This document shows, one piece after another, positions 27,801 to 42,095 of a stretch of DNA of 64,000 nucleotides. This DNA comes from Yuukianura sp. NJ FZ-2021 (Eukaryota). The translations under genes and the position numbers were made by a program. Every line of letters begins with the position of its first letter. The first letter of the stretch is position 1. The DNA is taken from NCBI GenBank assembly GCA_046563655.1, contig CM102283.1, positions 2,046,001 through 2,110,000 of the forward strand, read 5' to 3'. Below the pieces are notes generated by a model. The model was not told the DNA's origin, searched no databases, and worked only from the letters and a program-made list of their open reading frames with translations.

Positions 27801-30800
27801 CCATTTTTAAAATCTGTTCTCTTTTGCTTAAGTATCTCTTTGCCCCAGTACTCAAAAGCGGAACTCTCAGAATTTGAGAACATTAGTGAGGAGTAGTACG
27901 AATAAGGGAAATAAGATTTCTTATGAACACTTTCACTACTTTTTTTCCTACTCTAGTCACTTTTAGAGCGGAAAAGGACTAAAATAATGTTTGAATTTTT
28001 TGGGAGGGAAAAAGTACTAAAAAATTATGTTCCTCAATTGACTTTTCCTCCTTTTTCCTTTTGCCCAACCAACCCTGTACTAACCGCTGCTGGAGGGTGT
28101 CATCTTGTAGACTTTTCAAAAAATTATGATGACGTACACGACTCTTTCCTAGCGCTAACTTGCTTCTTTTTTGAAAAAAAAAGTCCTTTGTAGCTCTGTT
28201 TTTTCCTTTCGAGTTGCGGTTTTTTCCGTTTTTGCGGTGCAGCGATTTGTGTCATTTGCTCAAAAATAAATTTCGATCGTAAAATCCTATCCAAGGTTGC
28301 GATCTAGCGGCAATTTCAAGTTCAAAACAACATATCTTGCTTGAATTTTTTTAACAGTTTTAACACTAACTTCTACCAGTTTTAAAATAACAACAAACAA
28401 GAGAAAGCAATTTCGAAATTTCATTAACTTACGCTTCAATTTTTTTTTTCGTCTTCACCAGAACGAAAAAGCGCAAGTAGTTGATTTTTTTTGTTCAGAG
28501 AAATTTCACTTTCACTTTTTCACTTTCTCCACTTGGAATTTTGTGATTAATCGTCTTGGTGTTGTTCAAGTCAAAATAATGGAGGCAAATTTCGAACTTT
28601 TCTTTCTCTCTGTTGCGCAGTTCACTTTTTTTGGAAAACGTAATTCAGAGAAAGTGGAAATAATCTTTGTTAGAGCAAAAGGAAATTGGAGAGCCCAAAA
28701 AGTTTGGAGTAGTACCTGGAAAGATCAAGACGAATACTTTCACTCTCCACTTCTATCAATCCCAATCACATTCAATTTCTCAATTCACTTTCACCAAAGC
28801 CTAATAAATGGTTTCAGTCCTCCCTCTACTTTTTTGATACCAAAATCCAAAAATCGGTTTTTCGAAACTTTCTTTCCTCCACTTCTTACACGTTAAGATT
28901 TTCTTTGTTTTTGTTGAATTATTCAGTTGTAGATTTTTGGCAGTGTAGGGTTCAACCTAATGTTGGATAGAAGTGAAAGTAAGTTTTGAAAGTTCAAAGG
29001 AGGATTACACTGTGGGCAAACAATGAAAAGCTTTCCTTGGGCACACAGAAACAATATTTCCAGAAGACAGGGAAAAGGTAACCTTAATCCCTAAGAGTCT
29101 TTGCCATCTTGAGTAGCAAAACCCCTAAGCTTTTGGCGCGAATTTGGATTCACTTTGAATTTGCCCAGAAACTGGGTTAAGTTAACCGAAGCTGAAGGTT
29201 ATCTTAAGAGAAGGCAACCTTACTAGTGCAAATTTTAAACAAAAGTTTTCGGTTTGGGTTATACAAAACAACATTCCGCTGTGTAGCACAACGAGCACAG
29301 ATTTCTAAGCACAACGAGAACAATGTGCACAATTTTGTTTTTAGTGTTTCAGGTTTTGAGGAAAATGTTGGCAACAATGTTCAATTGTACTCACAATTTT
29401 CACAAATTTTGCTTTTGTGTGCAAACTTTCTTAAAATGATCTAGCACACGAGGTGTTATTTGTGTTTGAACGGAACACCAAGAAAAATTACAAACTTTGC
29501 AAAAATTTGCAACTGCGAGCACAAAATTGTCAAATTCAAAAAAAATGTTCAAATTTCTAAGCACAATCTGTGCATGGTAAGTAAGTTTGACAAAAGTTGA
29601 TTCTTAAGCACAACGTGCACCACTATTTGCAACTTTTCGTTAATAGTTTCAAATTTTTGGTGTTTTGGTGTTAATTGTATACACAACGTGCGTTTTCGTT
29701 ACTTTTTCGATGCTAGGGTGAAGGACGGTGAAAGCAGTTTTCTCCATGAAGTTCCAACGGCAACTGAACTGGCGTTGGTGGCGTGTGGCGTATTTTGTAG
29801 GCGGTGAAAGTGAAGTTTATTGAAGATCTGGGTGAAAGCAGAGAAAGTAGACCGTGTGGGTTTCCAATTGGAATCCAATGGGATTTCTTCACTTCACTAC
29901 ATATGCCTTAGTCTTAATTTATGCCACTCAAAACATCTTCAAACTCAGAAAAAGATTGAATTCTTATTTGTTCAAAATTTGAATTTTTTGTCCAATATAT
30001 CTCCAATGTATTATGAACGAATTGACAGAAAACGTAGGAGGGGGCAAATAGTAGAAAAATGATTTGCTCTCTCACCTTATCCAAACTTTTTCAATGCTTT
30101 GAATAGCACAGCCGAACTGTGAAAAGTGAAAGTTGCAAAACGCACGGGAAGAAAGAGGAGAATGGATTTGTGAACAGGGTCTGAATTGTATCAATCATGA
30201 TTCATGAATTGTGTCAACTGAAGACTTTTGTGCCCATATCTGCATCATGATGCTACTGACGATAGAAGAGAAAAATGTCACTTTTGACCTACTCTGAAGA
30301 CGCGACAAACTTTCAAAATTTGTCATCATTCAGAACAAGCCAAAGTGTAGAGTTTTCCCAGTTTGAATTTTTTTTGACACAAAAAAAAATTGATCTCATT
30401 TGTACTCTTATTTCCCAAAACAAAATTGCAAGAATTTGATTTTCCCGGGAAATCTTGAAACCTATTTTTAGTAATTTTTTTAGTTTTTCTTTTTTTAAGT
30501 TGAATTTTTTTCCCCTAAAAATCAAACAAAATTTAAATCCTACCAAGTTCCACTACAAATTTCTCACGCAGTCTCATTTGTTTAATAAGTTTCAAACCAA
30601 AAGGCATCCAGTTTTTCGAAAGAACGCTAAAATTAGCTGAAAAAGTCCGTTTTTGTCAAAATCAGGTCAAAGTTTCTAAAAAAGTTAGGTTTGCAGATCA
30701 ATTTCCGGGGTCATTGACCTCGCTCAGAGAGGTCACCAGTGCGTATATGAGCTAAAATGAAGCAGTGACTGGAAAAAGGAAAGTGCGGGAATGTATGAAA

Positions 30801-31904
30801 AGTGATTTTTTGGCACAAGACAAAACCACAAGAAAATCTTTTTCTTTGCAGCTAAAGACAAGTCATGAAGCGTTGAAATTCTTGCGTTTCTTTGAGCATA
30901 AGAGAAAAAAAGACGGAGAAAGATTTACTGTTGTTTGTAACGCATCATGTCGCCTCGTTCTGCTTCACTGACTAGCAGACTTTTAGCCATCAGAAACAAG
31001 CAGAAGATTCCGAGAATTCCGGGGAATAGGGGGACCCCACTGAGCCGTGACCCACACAGGGTCAATCTCTCGTGACCTCAAACTAATCCCAATCCAACAA
31101 CTTTTTCTCAACTCTGACCCTAAACTCAAACATTCGATCAGGAAGTTTCAAACTAACCTGAAAAACTTTTTCAAATAACGTATTGTAACGGTTAAACTTC
31201 ACATTAGGTTAGTCAGGTTATCATCGAACGTTGAAATGTAAGGCTAACGATAGGGTTTGAGTGAAAGTTTGGTTTTTGAACTCATAAGGACGAAACTGCG
31301 GTTAGATAAACCCAACCACTGCTTTCCCGCCGTAGTGCGGATTAGACTTAGGTGGTGGGAGAGAATGAGAGAAAGTTCAAAATTTAAAAATTTCTTTTTT
31401 TCCCGCACTTTTTTGTGCTGCAGAGTTAGTTTTAGTGGTGTGGTGGAGTCCATTTCCACATATCCGTCTCTAGAACCACAATGGGAATTTATTGAGCCCA
31501 TTTGTTTTCTCTTCCGGAAAAAGACTAAAGGACCCCCGCCTAAAACCTAACTTTTTTTCTTAGCCTAACGCTAACCTAACGGGTTTTTTAGCCTACTTGA
31601 ATTTTTTTCCGTGCAACGAGTACAAACCCTCTTGAATTAACAAAAGAATTCGTGCTGTGCGAGATTTTTCAAAAATTTGGGTTCCGGTGAAAGCTTTAAA
31701 GCTCTTGAAAGTGAAAAGGTCAAAGGTCATTCCGACCCAAAATTGTGGTTCATACTGTACAAAAACCCTTTTGTGTATAAGTTAACGTAAGTTAAGTATA
31801 TCTAAAGATTGAGATTGACAGATTGGAAGAGGAAGTGAGTTGCAATAATAGTAAAACTGTTTCCAGTTTATGGTTCACTTGCTTTCTCCCTCGAGAAAAC
31901 GTAA

Positions 31905-32210
31905 CTGTAGCCTAACAAAAAAACTAACCTTACTAGTGTAAAATCTATCTTTAGCATAACTGCAACCTAATGTTAACGTTTGTAAAGCATCCAGCTACCT
32001 AACATGTTAACTGTTAACGTTAGTAAAGCATCCAGCAACCTAACATGAAAAGGTTCATACGTTAGGCTAAGCTTTGCGAAAGGTTAAGTGCCCCTAACGT
32101 TAACCTAAACGTGTAATGGCCTCTACGACTTCCTGGATACAATAGAACACTTTGGGCAGGTCATAAAAAAATAGAAAAGCCTAACCTTTTAGCCTAACGG
32201 TTAGGCTAAC
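31905..32210. repeat. CCTAAC/GTTAAC-rich repeat with a 41-bp-period duplication
   Basis: TGTTAACGTT(T/A)GTAAAGCATCCAGC(T/A)ACCTAACATG at 31971 and 32012; palindrome TAGCCTAACGGTTAGGCTA near 32190. Confidence 0.65.
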
Positions 32211-35200
32211 TATTATCACAGTTTTTAGAAACGCAAAATTTGAACTTTTGTGAAGTTTTGAATCAAGTGAGGTTATTAAGTTAGTTAGTTTTGTTCAAGT
32301 AAATTGAATTAAGGTTTAAGGTTAATTTGAAAGTTTATGTAAAAGAAAATTATCAAAACGAGACTATTTAGTAGTCTTTTGCTGAGGCTTTCATTTTGTT
32401 GACATTTCTATTCAAATTTTCAAAATTTGGGTTCCCGCTGTTTTCCTTTTGAATCATTGGAATAAACGGTGGCGGTGTATCTCAAATCTTTTGAAAATTT
32501 TGAAAACCAAGAAAGATCGAACATAACGCATCAACAAAGAAGTAGGAATTTAAACAAAAGCTTAGCAGGAGGGCTTGTTACCTGTGAAATTTCGATACTG
32601 GGAATTGAATTTTCAAAAGTTTGAAATTTCCCGCCATTTCTTTGACTTCCTTTGAACATGAAGGGGTTTTAGAAAACCAAGAAGTGCCACAAATCACCTG
32701 CTGAGCAAGACATATGTTAGATGATTTTATTAACTTTCTCTTACTAGAGTGAAAGGAAATGCACAGGAGTTGGGGCAAAATGAGAATTTGATTAAAACGC
32801 TCCAGAAACCGCTCGCGTCTCCTTGCAAAGCAGCAAATCAAGTAGTAACAGCAGCGCCACAATTCAAAAAATGGCACACAAAATTAATTTGTGTCACCAT
32901 AAGGAGACGTTGAAGGCGACGTTTGCGAAAAGCATGCAAAGTTCCTTAAGGAAATTCTAAAATTGGAGTCCACGAGAGTCTACGCTGCACGAGAATCGAT
33001 ACCACCACGTCTCATTAATTCACTAAAAAATTTGAGTTTGGCAAATATTTGCCTTAAATGGAGTCTATGTTTTCCTTTCGCTTCTTTAAGACGTCAAAGG
33101 AGAAAGCAAATGCTCTGGGCGCCGTAAATTCAAAATTTCATGTTGACAAAAGCAAGAGAGAGTTTCACCATGTTTAAAAGATTCCAGTTTTTGCAAAAAT
33201 TCAAACATTAAACACATTCTAGGCCGAATTTATGCAAATAAAAAAGTTGTGAAAGCTCGAAAAACAAAACCATGAATTTAGTTTTTAAAGTTTGCAGGTT
33301 TTTTCTACTTTTTGTAGTTTGTTTTAGAGAAATTCTAAAACACATCTGATGAAATCCGTATTTGATGAACCTTTTAGAAACTTTTTAGAAGCTTTTTTGG
33401 AAAACTTTTTTTTCGGAAGCACATGGACATGCTCATGTCGACATTTTGTCTAAATTTTTTGCTTGGCGGCGAGTAGCCATTTTGTCATCTCCAAAATGAT
33501 TTGTTGCTCCCAAAAGAAAGAGAACAAGAAAAGGAAAAAACGTGCGTTAGTTTTTAACACTGTTGCGGACAAGGCACCATCCACTCAAACTTTTTTTTGT
33601 GCAATTTTGTTCAAACAGAAAAAATTTTGAAGAAACTTTTTCTTTAATTAGTTATAGTAATACGACATTAGACTTGAGACAAAGTAAAGAGAACGAGAAG
33701 GAGAAAGTTTCGACTAATTCATAAATTAGCGCCAAATAGCACTTTCTGCCGCACCAACTGCACGAACCAAACAAAAGTTTTTGGGACGACATTTTTTTTT
33801 GCAAAAAAAAAAAAAAAGAAAGAAAATTTTTTCAAAAAACAGTTTTGGCGGGAACTTCTTTTGTCACGATTTCGCAGCAGAGACAGTTTCAATGTCACCG
33901 GAAGGCGACATTCCACACTCTCTCGGTCATTTTATGTTCTAAAAGTTTTTGAAGGGCGCGAAATTTTAAAATAAAATTTGAAATAAATTAATTATTGTGA
34001 AGAAGCTATAAATTCTATTGAGGAGCTTTCGAGTTTTGAGTTTTGAGCTTTGTTCAAAACTTATTAGGGCCAATTGCACATAACAACAGAGTGTAGCTAA
34101 AGTTACATGTTACAAACTTCACTGTGTGGTACATCGGGGTGTGGTAGCGCGTCGCCTAATGTCGCCGGCGACATTAAGCCTCTTCCTTTCATTTCTCCTA
34201 ATTTTCCCGCCAAGGCTCTAAGAGTGCCCGTCTCCTTTTAAAAGATGACATTCTCATTTGGAGTGGAAGAAAACACTCCAGTTTTGGCGCGCTCCAAAAC
34301 CCCAAAACAACTTCCGCCTTCACAACTTCCAAAACTTTTAACGACTCCATCAAAATTATGGACCACCAAAAACTTCATAAGTTTTAGCATATAAAGTCAT
34401 CAGGAATTTACATTTTCAAAAAGAGGAGCTCGGGTTTTGTTTAAAACAAGACAAAAAAGCAAGGCACTAAACTGATTAATTTTTTCAAAATTTTTGAGGT
34501 CACAATAACTTTTTTTTTAAAAAGTACAAAAAAAATACAATGTTCTCATTTAATAGCGTTCATACTTCTCTCGATTTTCCAAAAATCGCGAGTTTTTGAA
34601 TTTCACTGAGCGAAAAATCTCTTTTTATATGATCAATTCAATTACTAGAAATTCGCGTCGTGCGGAATCAAAAAATTGTCTCACGCAAGCCCGATACACT
34701 CGAAGTTGAGGTATTTATCAACTTTTTCTTAAAAAAATTCAAAATTTAATAAAAAAATTGAGAATTTTTTTTAAACGACTGAGAGTTTGTTTTTCCAATT
34801 TGCAGTTTTTCAAGACTTTTATTTGCAAAGCAAAAAAGTCTTTGAAGTCAAAAATCTGAAAACTGCTTTGGCTGAGAAAATATTGGATAAGGCTGGATTA
34901 TTCAAATTTCCAAAATCCGCGTTCCGTTGAGTTGTAACTTTTGCGAAGCTTTGTTTTTGTTTATGTTTTTCAAAAAAGTATATGAAAAAAGTAAAAAGTG
35001 AAATAAAAAGTTTTCCATGCGTGTAACATTGGTAGAGACGGTGGCTGGGTCAAAGGGTTGAGAGTCCGTTTTGGTTGAATTGGCGTCGTTGTGAGAGTTT
35101 GTTTGAGTTTAGAGTTATCGTAGGTACTGGGGATACTGGAGAGATTTGTGTGGTGGGAAATTCGAAATCCTTAGGAAGGACTTTTGCCACAAAGTCCATC

Positions 35201-37209
35201 CACTTAGGGCTTAACTTTAACGTTCCCTTATGTTGAAAACGACTTTTCCTTCGGAAGGAACTAAAAGTTAAGGGCTTTAGTCCACTCCGCAAGAAATTTC
35301 AGAGAGAGAGCGGAAAGTGCTTTCTCCTAAATGAAACAGAACGTAAGGAGATTTTGGGATCAGATAACAGTGTGTACACCATACAATCAGGAGACGTTAG
35401 CCTCACTTCAACCAAAAGACAAATAAAACAGCCTTTTCTAACTTACGCTACAAAATTTTAAAATGAACTTCTTTCAAACTTTTTCTAACAAGTCAAAATT
35501 TCGAACGAGGCATGCGCATTTCGATCCATTTTTAACTCTTTGAGATTTTTGAATATGTTTTTTTGTTCGGAAAGGCACAATTTCGATTTTTTTAACCACG
35601 AAATCAAATTTTATGTCGAAAGAAGTTTTTGAACTTTTGTGAATGTACAAAATGTAATAAGGTGGTCTAATAAAAATAAAATTTGGTATTTTTTCAATTT
35701 TCTATTTGAAATCAGAAATTGAAAACTCAGAGTTATGCGCATAAGTAAAATGTAGGCCAGGAGCCAACACCGTTCTTGTTCAAAAACCTGTTTGAAATTG
35801 GTTGAAACCGTTGACGTAAAAGTAGGTTTTCCAAGTAATTCCTTATAGTCGTTCATTAAATAAGGTTGGATGCACTTTGCGCTTCAGTGGACCCATTTGA
35901 GTGTTCGTATGAGCACTTTCTCCTCAGTTCCCACAGGATTTTGCATTGGATTAGCTTAAGTTTTGAATTTCGTTCTTCAATCTTCCATAGTTCATGTAAA
36001 ACAAAAGTGATTTTTTCATTATCTTTTGAACACAAAACAAACGACATTTTTCAGTTCCTTGTCAGAGAAAAGTTTTCACCTTATCTATTTTTTTTTTTAC
36101 TCTTTTTCGTTTTTTCATCAATGCTAATACGATTCGGCGTCGCGCAAAGTGAAAATCGGTTTTCTCCCTTCCATTACGTTGTGCTTGAAAAAAACGGGCA
36201 TTAGGATCTTCTTTTAAAAAACGGGGCATCTTGATTGTCGGAAAAAAAGGCGTTTGACTCTGAAAATCGAGCTTTCGGCTCCTCAAATTTTATAACCAAC
36301 CAATTCAAAAGTTTTGCTCGAACGAGAGTCTAAATTGCACGGCAATTTAGAAACCTATTTTGAATTTTTTGTACCAAGAGCTGTTTCAACACAAAGTTTC
36401 AGAAACCAGGTTTGAATTTTTTGAATTCGCTCGATTTTAAGTTCAAAGTTTGACCTTCAGCCCACTCCGTATCTTAATGTTTGAACTTTTTTGAATTTGT
36501 TGACCCCGCAGGCGTTTTTTGATTTAAACTTTGACCTTGCATCTTCAATAAAACTGAAATTTTGACAGATTTGCTTTCAATTAACTAAAAGTTTGAGCGC
36601 GTTGGCGTTTGTAAACTGAAAGCTTTTAGCGCTAAACTCACCAGGCTTCGAAACTAAAACTTTGACCTTGAACCCATCCAAAATTATAAGTTTAACCTCT
36701 AACCCCGCCCCCATGTGAAACTTCGAAGAAGATGTTGGGATGGTTGGTTGTAAGAAAGTAATTGCGTTAAAGAGTTCTCGCTCTCCGTGGAATTGATTCT
36801 CGTTTCTAATTTATTAGAAAGTCATTCTCTGATTATGACTTCATCCCCTTCCTCGCTTCGCATTCTAGGAAATGGACCAATTTGCTGCTAGAAGTTTAGA
36901 CGAAAGCACTTTCTCCAAATCTAGATGTGAAATTATGGATTTCTCATCTTCTTCCCCATGATGATCTCTGATTATCCTTTAGTTTCTGCCATTAGTCTTT
37001 ATCTTCGCCAACAGAATCACTCATCCTCCTTAAACTTAAACTTTAAATTTGAATTTTCAAATTCATAGCTTTCTCCGGTACCTCAGACAGGAAGCTCCGG
37101 ATTTTCAAAATTACGCTCCATAACTCATTTTACCAAACCTCATTTCCTGGAAATTTTGAAACTTTTGACCCTATCTTTACATTTTTTGTTTCAAATTCCC
37201 CCGAGGTTA

Positions 37210-37350
37210 GAAAAAAAATCGTTAGGTAGAAAAAAAAATCAACATTCGCCTGTCATGAAAAATCAGAAATTCGTTTGGTAGACAAAAAATCGTCATTCGT
37301 CTGGCAAGAAAAATCAAAATTTGACTGGCAACAAACTGGAAAATCGTCGA
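37210..37350. repeat. Degenerate ~25-bp tandem repeat
   Basis: Repeated AAAAATC....TTCG.CTGG.A units. Confidence 0.6.
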
Positions 37351-37827
37351 GTGATTCCGGCTATTTAGTTAAGATATTCGTTAGGTTAACATGTTAAGTT
37401 AATTTTTTAGAGTTGTGCTCATGTGCTGGACTAAGGATGAGTTGATTGTGACGATTAGTTGGTAATCAGTGACTGTAAGTGATGGTAAGATGATGATGAT
37501 GAGATTTGGATCTGTGGAGGAGATTAATGGGCGTTGGTTGGACTCTGCGGAGTCTATAAATTGACTAAATCATTACAACTTTTTGGACTTGGTTCCTTTG
37601 GAGCTCGGGAGAGAGCCATATACATTCCTTTGGGAAATTTGAAAAAAGAGGCGGGCAAATCCGGGGACAGAAATACAGCTTCTTAGTTTATATAGGTTTT
37701 GGAGTGCTGCCAAAAGTTCCACTTTCTCTAAAGAGGAAAGCACAAGCGATGGACAGGAAACTACACGATAAGAAACAAAAGCTTCAGCCCAACTTTACTC
37801 ATGAGCAGTTACACTCAAAATTATCGA

Positions 37828-38215
37828 TGTGCCCAACTCTGTCAAAAAAAAAAGAAAGAAATGTGTCCAACTCTGTCACAAAAATTGTGGAGGTACCCAC
37901 TCTGTTTCGAAAATCACAGAGGTACCCAACGTCGTCATACAAATATGTTGGTACCCAACTCCAACACAATCAAGCATCAAGGTACCCAACTTCAACACAA
38001 AAATCGTCGAGGTACCAAGTTTACTTTACAAAAATCTTCGGGGTACCCAGACCCGCTGTTAAAATCATGGAGGTACCAACTCCGTTGCGAAGATTGAAAA
38101 ATCAGCGAGGTACCGAAAACCTTCGTCACAAAAATGGAAGAATCAATGAGATACAGAGCTTCGTAATGAAAAATCACAAAAGTCTTTGAGGTACCCAATA
38201 CTTTCCCCACAAAAA
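37828..38215. repeat. Degenerate ~30-bp minisatellite with GGTACC core
   Basis: GGTACC at about 37892, 37921, 37950, 37981, 38011, 38042, 38072, 38108 and 38189, usually followed by a CAAAAAT-like run. Confidence 0.85.
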
Positions 38216-41200
38216 AAAACTTTTATACCAAAGTGACAAATTTGACAACTTTTTGACATATTTGAAAAGTTCTACCTTAACTTTGCGGGTGATTAAGATA
38301 GAGTTAGGTTAGGATTAGGTTAGTAGGTTTTGTTGAGGTATTTTTAGCCTAAAGCTGGATTGATTTAGCAAGAGAGTGGGTCTGTAGTGAAAGTAGGAAG
38401 CTAAAAGTGTATATTATTTTGAAATTGTTATATCCCCTTCCCGCTTCCTCTCCCTCAGCCTTAATTATCCTCTCAAATGTAATTTCCGGCCTGTTTCTTT
38501 ATTGCCTTCATTTTTCTACTCCTGTGATTCAAATTCTAGCTTCACTTATAACAATATAGGCACTTAAGAACCAACAGAAGAAAAGCCCCTTATTTAAACA
38601 GTTCTGGCACTAAAGGCGCGCACATTTTCAAAAAAAAACTTAAACTTTCTTCTCTCTCTCTTTGGAGCCGTTGGGAATGAAAACCTATTTCCTCTTTTTA
38701 CCACTTACTTCACATGTACTGCAAAACTTTTGAATTTTTTTCTAGTTCAAGCAGAGGAAGTAGTACTGGGGCGCTCACTTTTTCAAATAAGCCCGCGCTT
38801 TTTTTTCTTTTTTAAAAAAGTCTACTTGGAGAAACTGCTCTCGTTTTCTTCTGAGATTTTCTCTCGGGATCACTTTCTTCTTTAGCATCTTCCAACTTTT
38901 CATTTTTCCTTTTCCTCTCCCTCGACTCCCCTTACCCCCATTTTCTAACTTTGTAGCCTTAGTGCCCTATTTTTGAAAATGTTTTTCAAAAAATGTTTTA
39001 AAAAAATATTTTTTAAACAAAACAAAGCAACGTCTCCCCTTTCATCACCGGAAAAACCAAAGTAGATAAAAGGAAATGAAATTTTCTCTTAGGAATTTTT
39101 TAGAGACGTTTCCTCTCTTGTTAAAATTTAATATTTGGAAAAAAAAACATTTTTGACAGTCGATGCCGGTTAGAAAAGCGACCGGCGCAGACTGTTTTCT
39201 TAAAATATAAGTTGGATATTTTTGATCGAATTCTAAATTTGCCGCCAAATTTCTATGATACAATGAGATATTAAGTAGAGGAGTTAATTGTAACTGTGCC
39301 AAAAGTTGAACAATGGAGAAAGTAAGAACAATAGGAAGAAAGTGACTGGAGGATGGATTCGGATTTTCCTTTTTGTTTTCTCCGGATGAATGTGAGTGTT
39401 GAAAGGGGCAATGACAATGGAGAGAGAGGAGGCGCGGTGGAATTCAAACTCTCAAAAGATTTTGAATCTCACACGACTTAGAGCCAAAGGTTTCGTTCGG
39501 TTCGAAAACGCGCCAACATTGGAATTTTTCCAAGAAATAATCCACTGCGCTCCGCTGTGTTTCTTTTTAGGTTGTAGTTTAGCAGCGTCCAGTTGAATGG
39601 GGGCTTTGAATTTATTTTGGCAAGAAGGCAAACTGTTTCTAATAGCCAACTTTGTATCTATTGTTGGGGATTAGTGCAGGCCATTTGGTCAACTACTACT
39701 GGATCAACTAGAATTGGATCAACAGAATTGCTACAGGTGATAACTTTACTCATGAGTTACTTGCATAAGTAACGCTTTCTCTGTAAGTCCATTAAGAGTT
39801 GAACCAGTTTTTGGCCCAAAATTTTGGTTGAGTCAATTTTTGATCTAAAATTCTCGTTCGACTAATTATTGAGCCAAAATTCTTGTTGCAAAAAGTGTTG
39901 CGTTGAAAATGAAATTGTTGTAAAAAAGTGAACCAATTTATAGTTTGAGTGAAACGCCAGGTTTGAACTAATTTTGATGAAAAAATTTCGTACCAATTGC
40001 AGTTGACCTAATTTCTGTTGAACCAATGACGTACTAAAGCTTTCCATGTAATCAAAGTATCTTACCATAAAAAGTAAAATGGAAATGAAAATAATTTTAA
40101 TTGCTCCCAGTGCACCTCTTTGTAGTTTTCTAAGTTTCTAGTTAAGCCATAGGCCGAGGACGCTTAGAAATCAAAAATTGAAAGAAAGCAGTGAAAGGTA
40201 ATTTAAAAGCGCCAAAAGATTCACAATTTATGACCGTCGTGGTAGCCATTTCATTTTGAATTTGGCTTTCACAATCTACCCAAAAAAAATACAAAGACAA
40301 TTAATAGCTTTTTATCTCCAGTTTTTGTTTTTCGAAAAAAGTAATCCAATCTCTGGAAAAACAATTATTGAATTTTATGTTCCAGTTTATGGAAAACCAG
40401 AGAAATTGAAGTTTAAAAAATTCATAAAAACACGTTTTGAAAACAATATGAATTGGAAATTTTTACAATGTGGAGCTGATTAACTGCTGTGTTTGACAGG
40501 TAGAAAATTGAATAAAAGTGTATTAAATCAATACAGAAATTGAATTCTCCCGGAATTTCTTTTTCGTTTTCCAAAAACTCGCATGTTCATCATATGTTAT
40601 TGTTGTGTAAAAAAGTTCAAGGTCGACCTGACCCCATGGGGTTAGTCGTAAAAAAAGAAAACTAAAATACAGACAGTTTTGAAAATTTAAATTCAAATTT
40701 TCAAAATCTTGTGCTGGTGCCCTTAAGGCCCAACCCCCATCATAACGCGAAGTTTAGCATTTATATGGCTATTTTTTCGAAAAAGTTTTTTTTTTTCAAA
40801 AAAATAACGCGGGAACGACCGTGTTCAAATTGCAATATTCTTTATGTGGCGCTTTAATTTCAAACTTGTCAACTCGTCCAACCGAGGCTGACTTCATCCT
40901 CCAATCGCCAACCAGCTGACCAGCTGACTCTTAACTTCTCATGTAATTCTAAACAGAATTGAATTTTTTTTGAAAACGGCGGGCTTTGAAAGCTTTTTTT
41001 TTTTGAAAATGGTCACTCCCAGGCTTTTCGTGCACTTTTCTGCTTGAAAGTAGATATGAAGTGAAATAGTAGCATGCGAAAAAAAACGCGTTTTTTCAAA
41101 AGAGGAAAAATGTCGAAAAGCTTCTTTTGCCTTGGATTTCACACGACAGAAAAATTGTATTTTCCGGGTGACATGACGCTTTTCTTCAAACATGGAAAAA

Positions 41201-41777
41201 AGAGAGGGAAGAGGGCATATTGGAATTTATTCAATGATTCTCATAGCTTTTCCAGCTCGAACTGGAGAACGGCAGGCAATAGCCCATGCACTCTGTTGAG
41301 TTATTCACAAAAGTGCTTAACATGATAAAAGTCGGAGAGCGACATTCGATGTCGTGAGTTTTTTTTCTCGAATAACTGTGACATGTACATTACTTTCCAC
41401 AAGATGAGTTCAAAATGAAATTCGGTTTTTGCCTGTTACTGGCGGGAAAGTTCCAGCTTCATGTCAACTTCTCTTTTTCTGTAAGCATCTATTATGATCT
41501 GGATGATTTCTTTTGACTGTGAAATTGGGCTGTGGCTACTTGAGACATGAAATGCAACTCATCATTCAAAATGTCTCCCCGCTGAATCGCTCAAACTTTT
41601 CAGCTGGACTTTACATTTTTACATTTTTAGACATACTGAAGTGTTGGGTCAACACATTTTGAAAGAAAAATCTAAAAATTTATCGAAAACCAGCTTGTCA
41701 CTGCAAGGTCTTGCTAGGTGAAATCTCTGCTAACTTTTGACCTCTGACTTGTGAACGTCTGATGTGGTCATTTAACC

Positions 41778-42095
41778 AGTTAGACTACCTGCGAATTTGC
41801 GATCGTAGTTAACAAAATCGCAGCTAGAGTTAGTTCAAGCTTGCGATCGCAGTTGACTAACGAGAAGCTAGCAAGCTGCGATCGCAGTTAGAGTTTGTTC
41901 AAGCTTGCGATCGCAGTTAACTAACGAGCAGATAGGTCTAACGATCGCAGCTTAGATAGCATTACGGCGAGCTAGCGATCACAGGTTTGTGCCCAATCGC
42001 AGCTAGATTTACTGTTAGATAGCATCCACAGCTGACCCAGTACGAGTTAGACCTACCGCGACTAAGTGATCGCAGCTGACCCAGTTTGACCTAGT
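41778..42095. repeat. GATCGCAG-rich degenerate repeat with a 64-bp-period duplication
   Basis: ATCGCAG(C/T)TAGAGTT(A/T)GTTCAAGCTTGCGATCGCAGTT(G/A)ACTAACGAG at 41817 and 41881, plus further GATCGCAG copies. Confidence 0.8.

Noticed and set aside
37828..38215. CRISPR-like repeat-spacer appearance and the 161-aa ORF across it
   Set aside because: The conserved core is only 6-9 bp, spacers resemble each other, there are no cas genes and the context is eukaryotic; the ORF follows from the 30-bp period.
38304..38328. TTAGG runs here and near 7050 and 15957 as interstitial telomere
   Set aside because: Only two to four imperfect units each.
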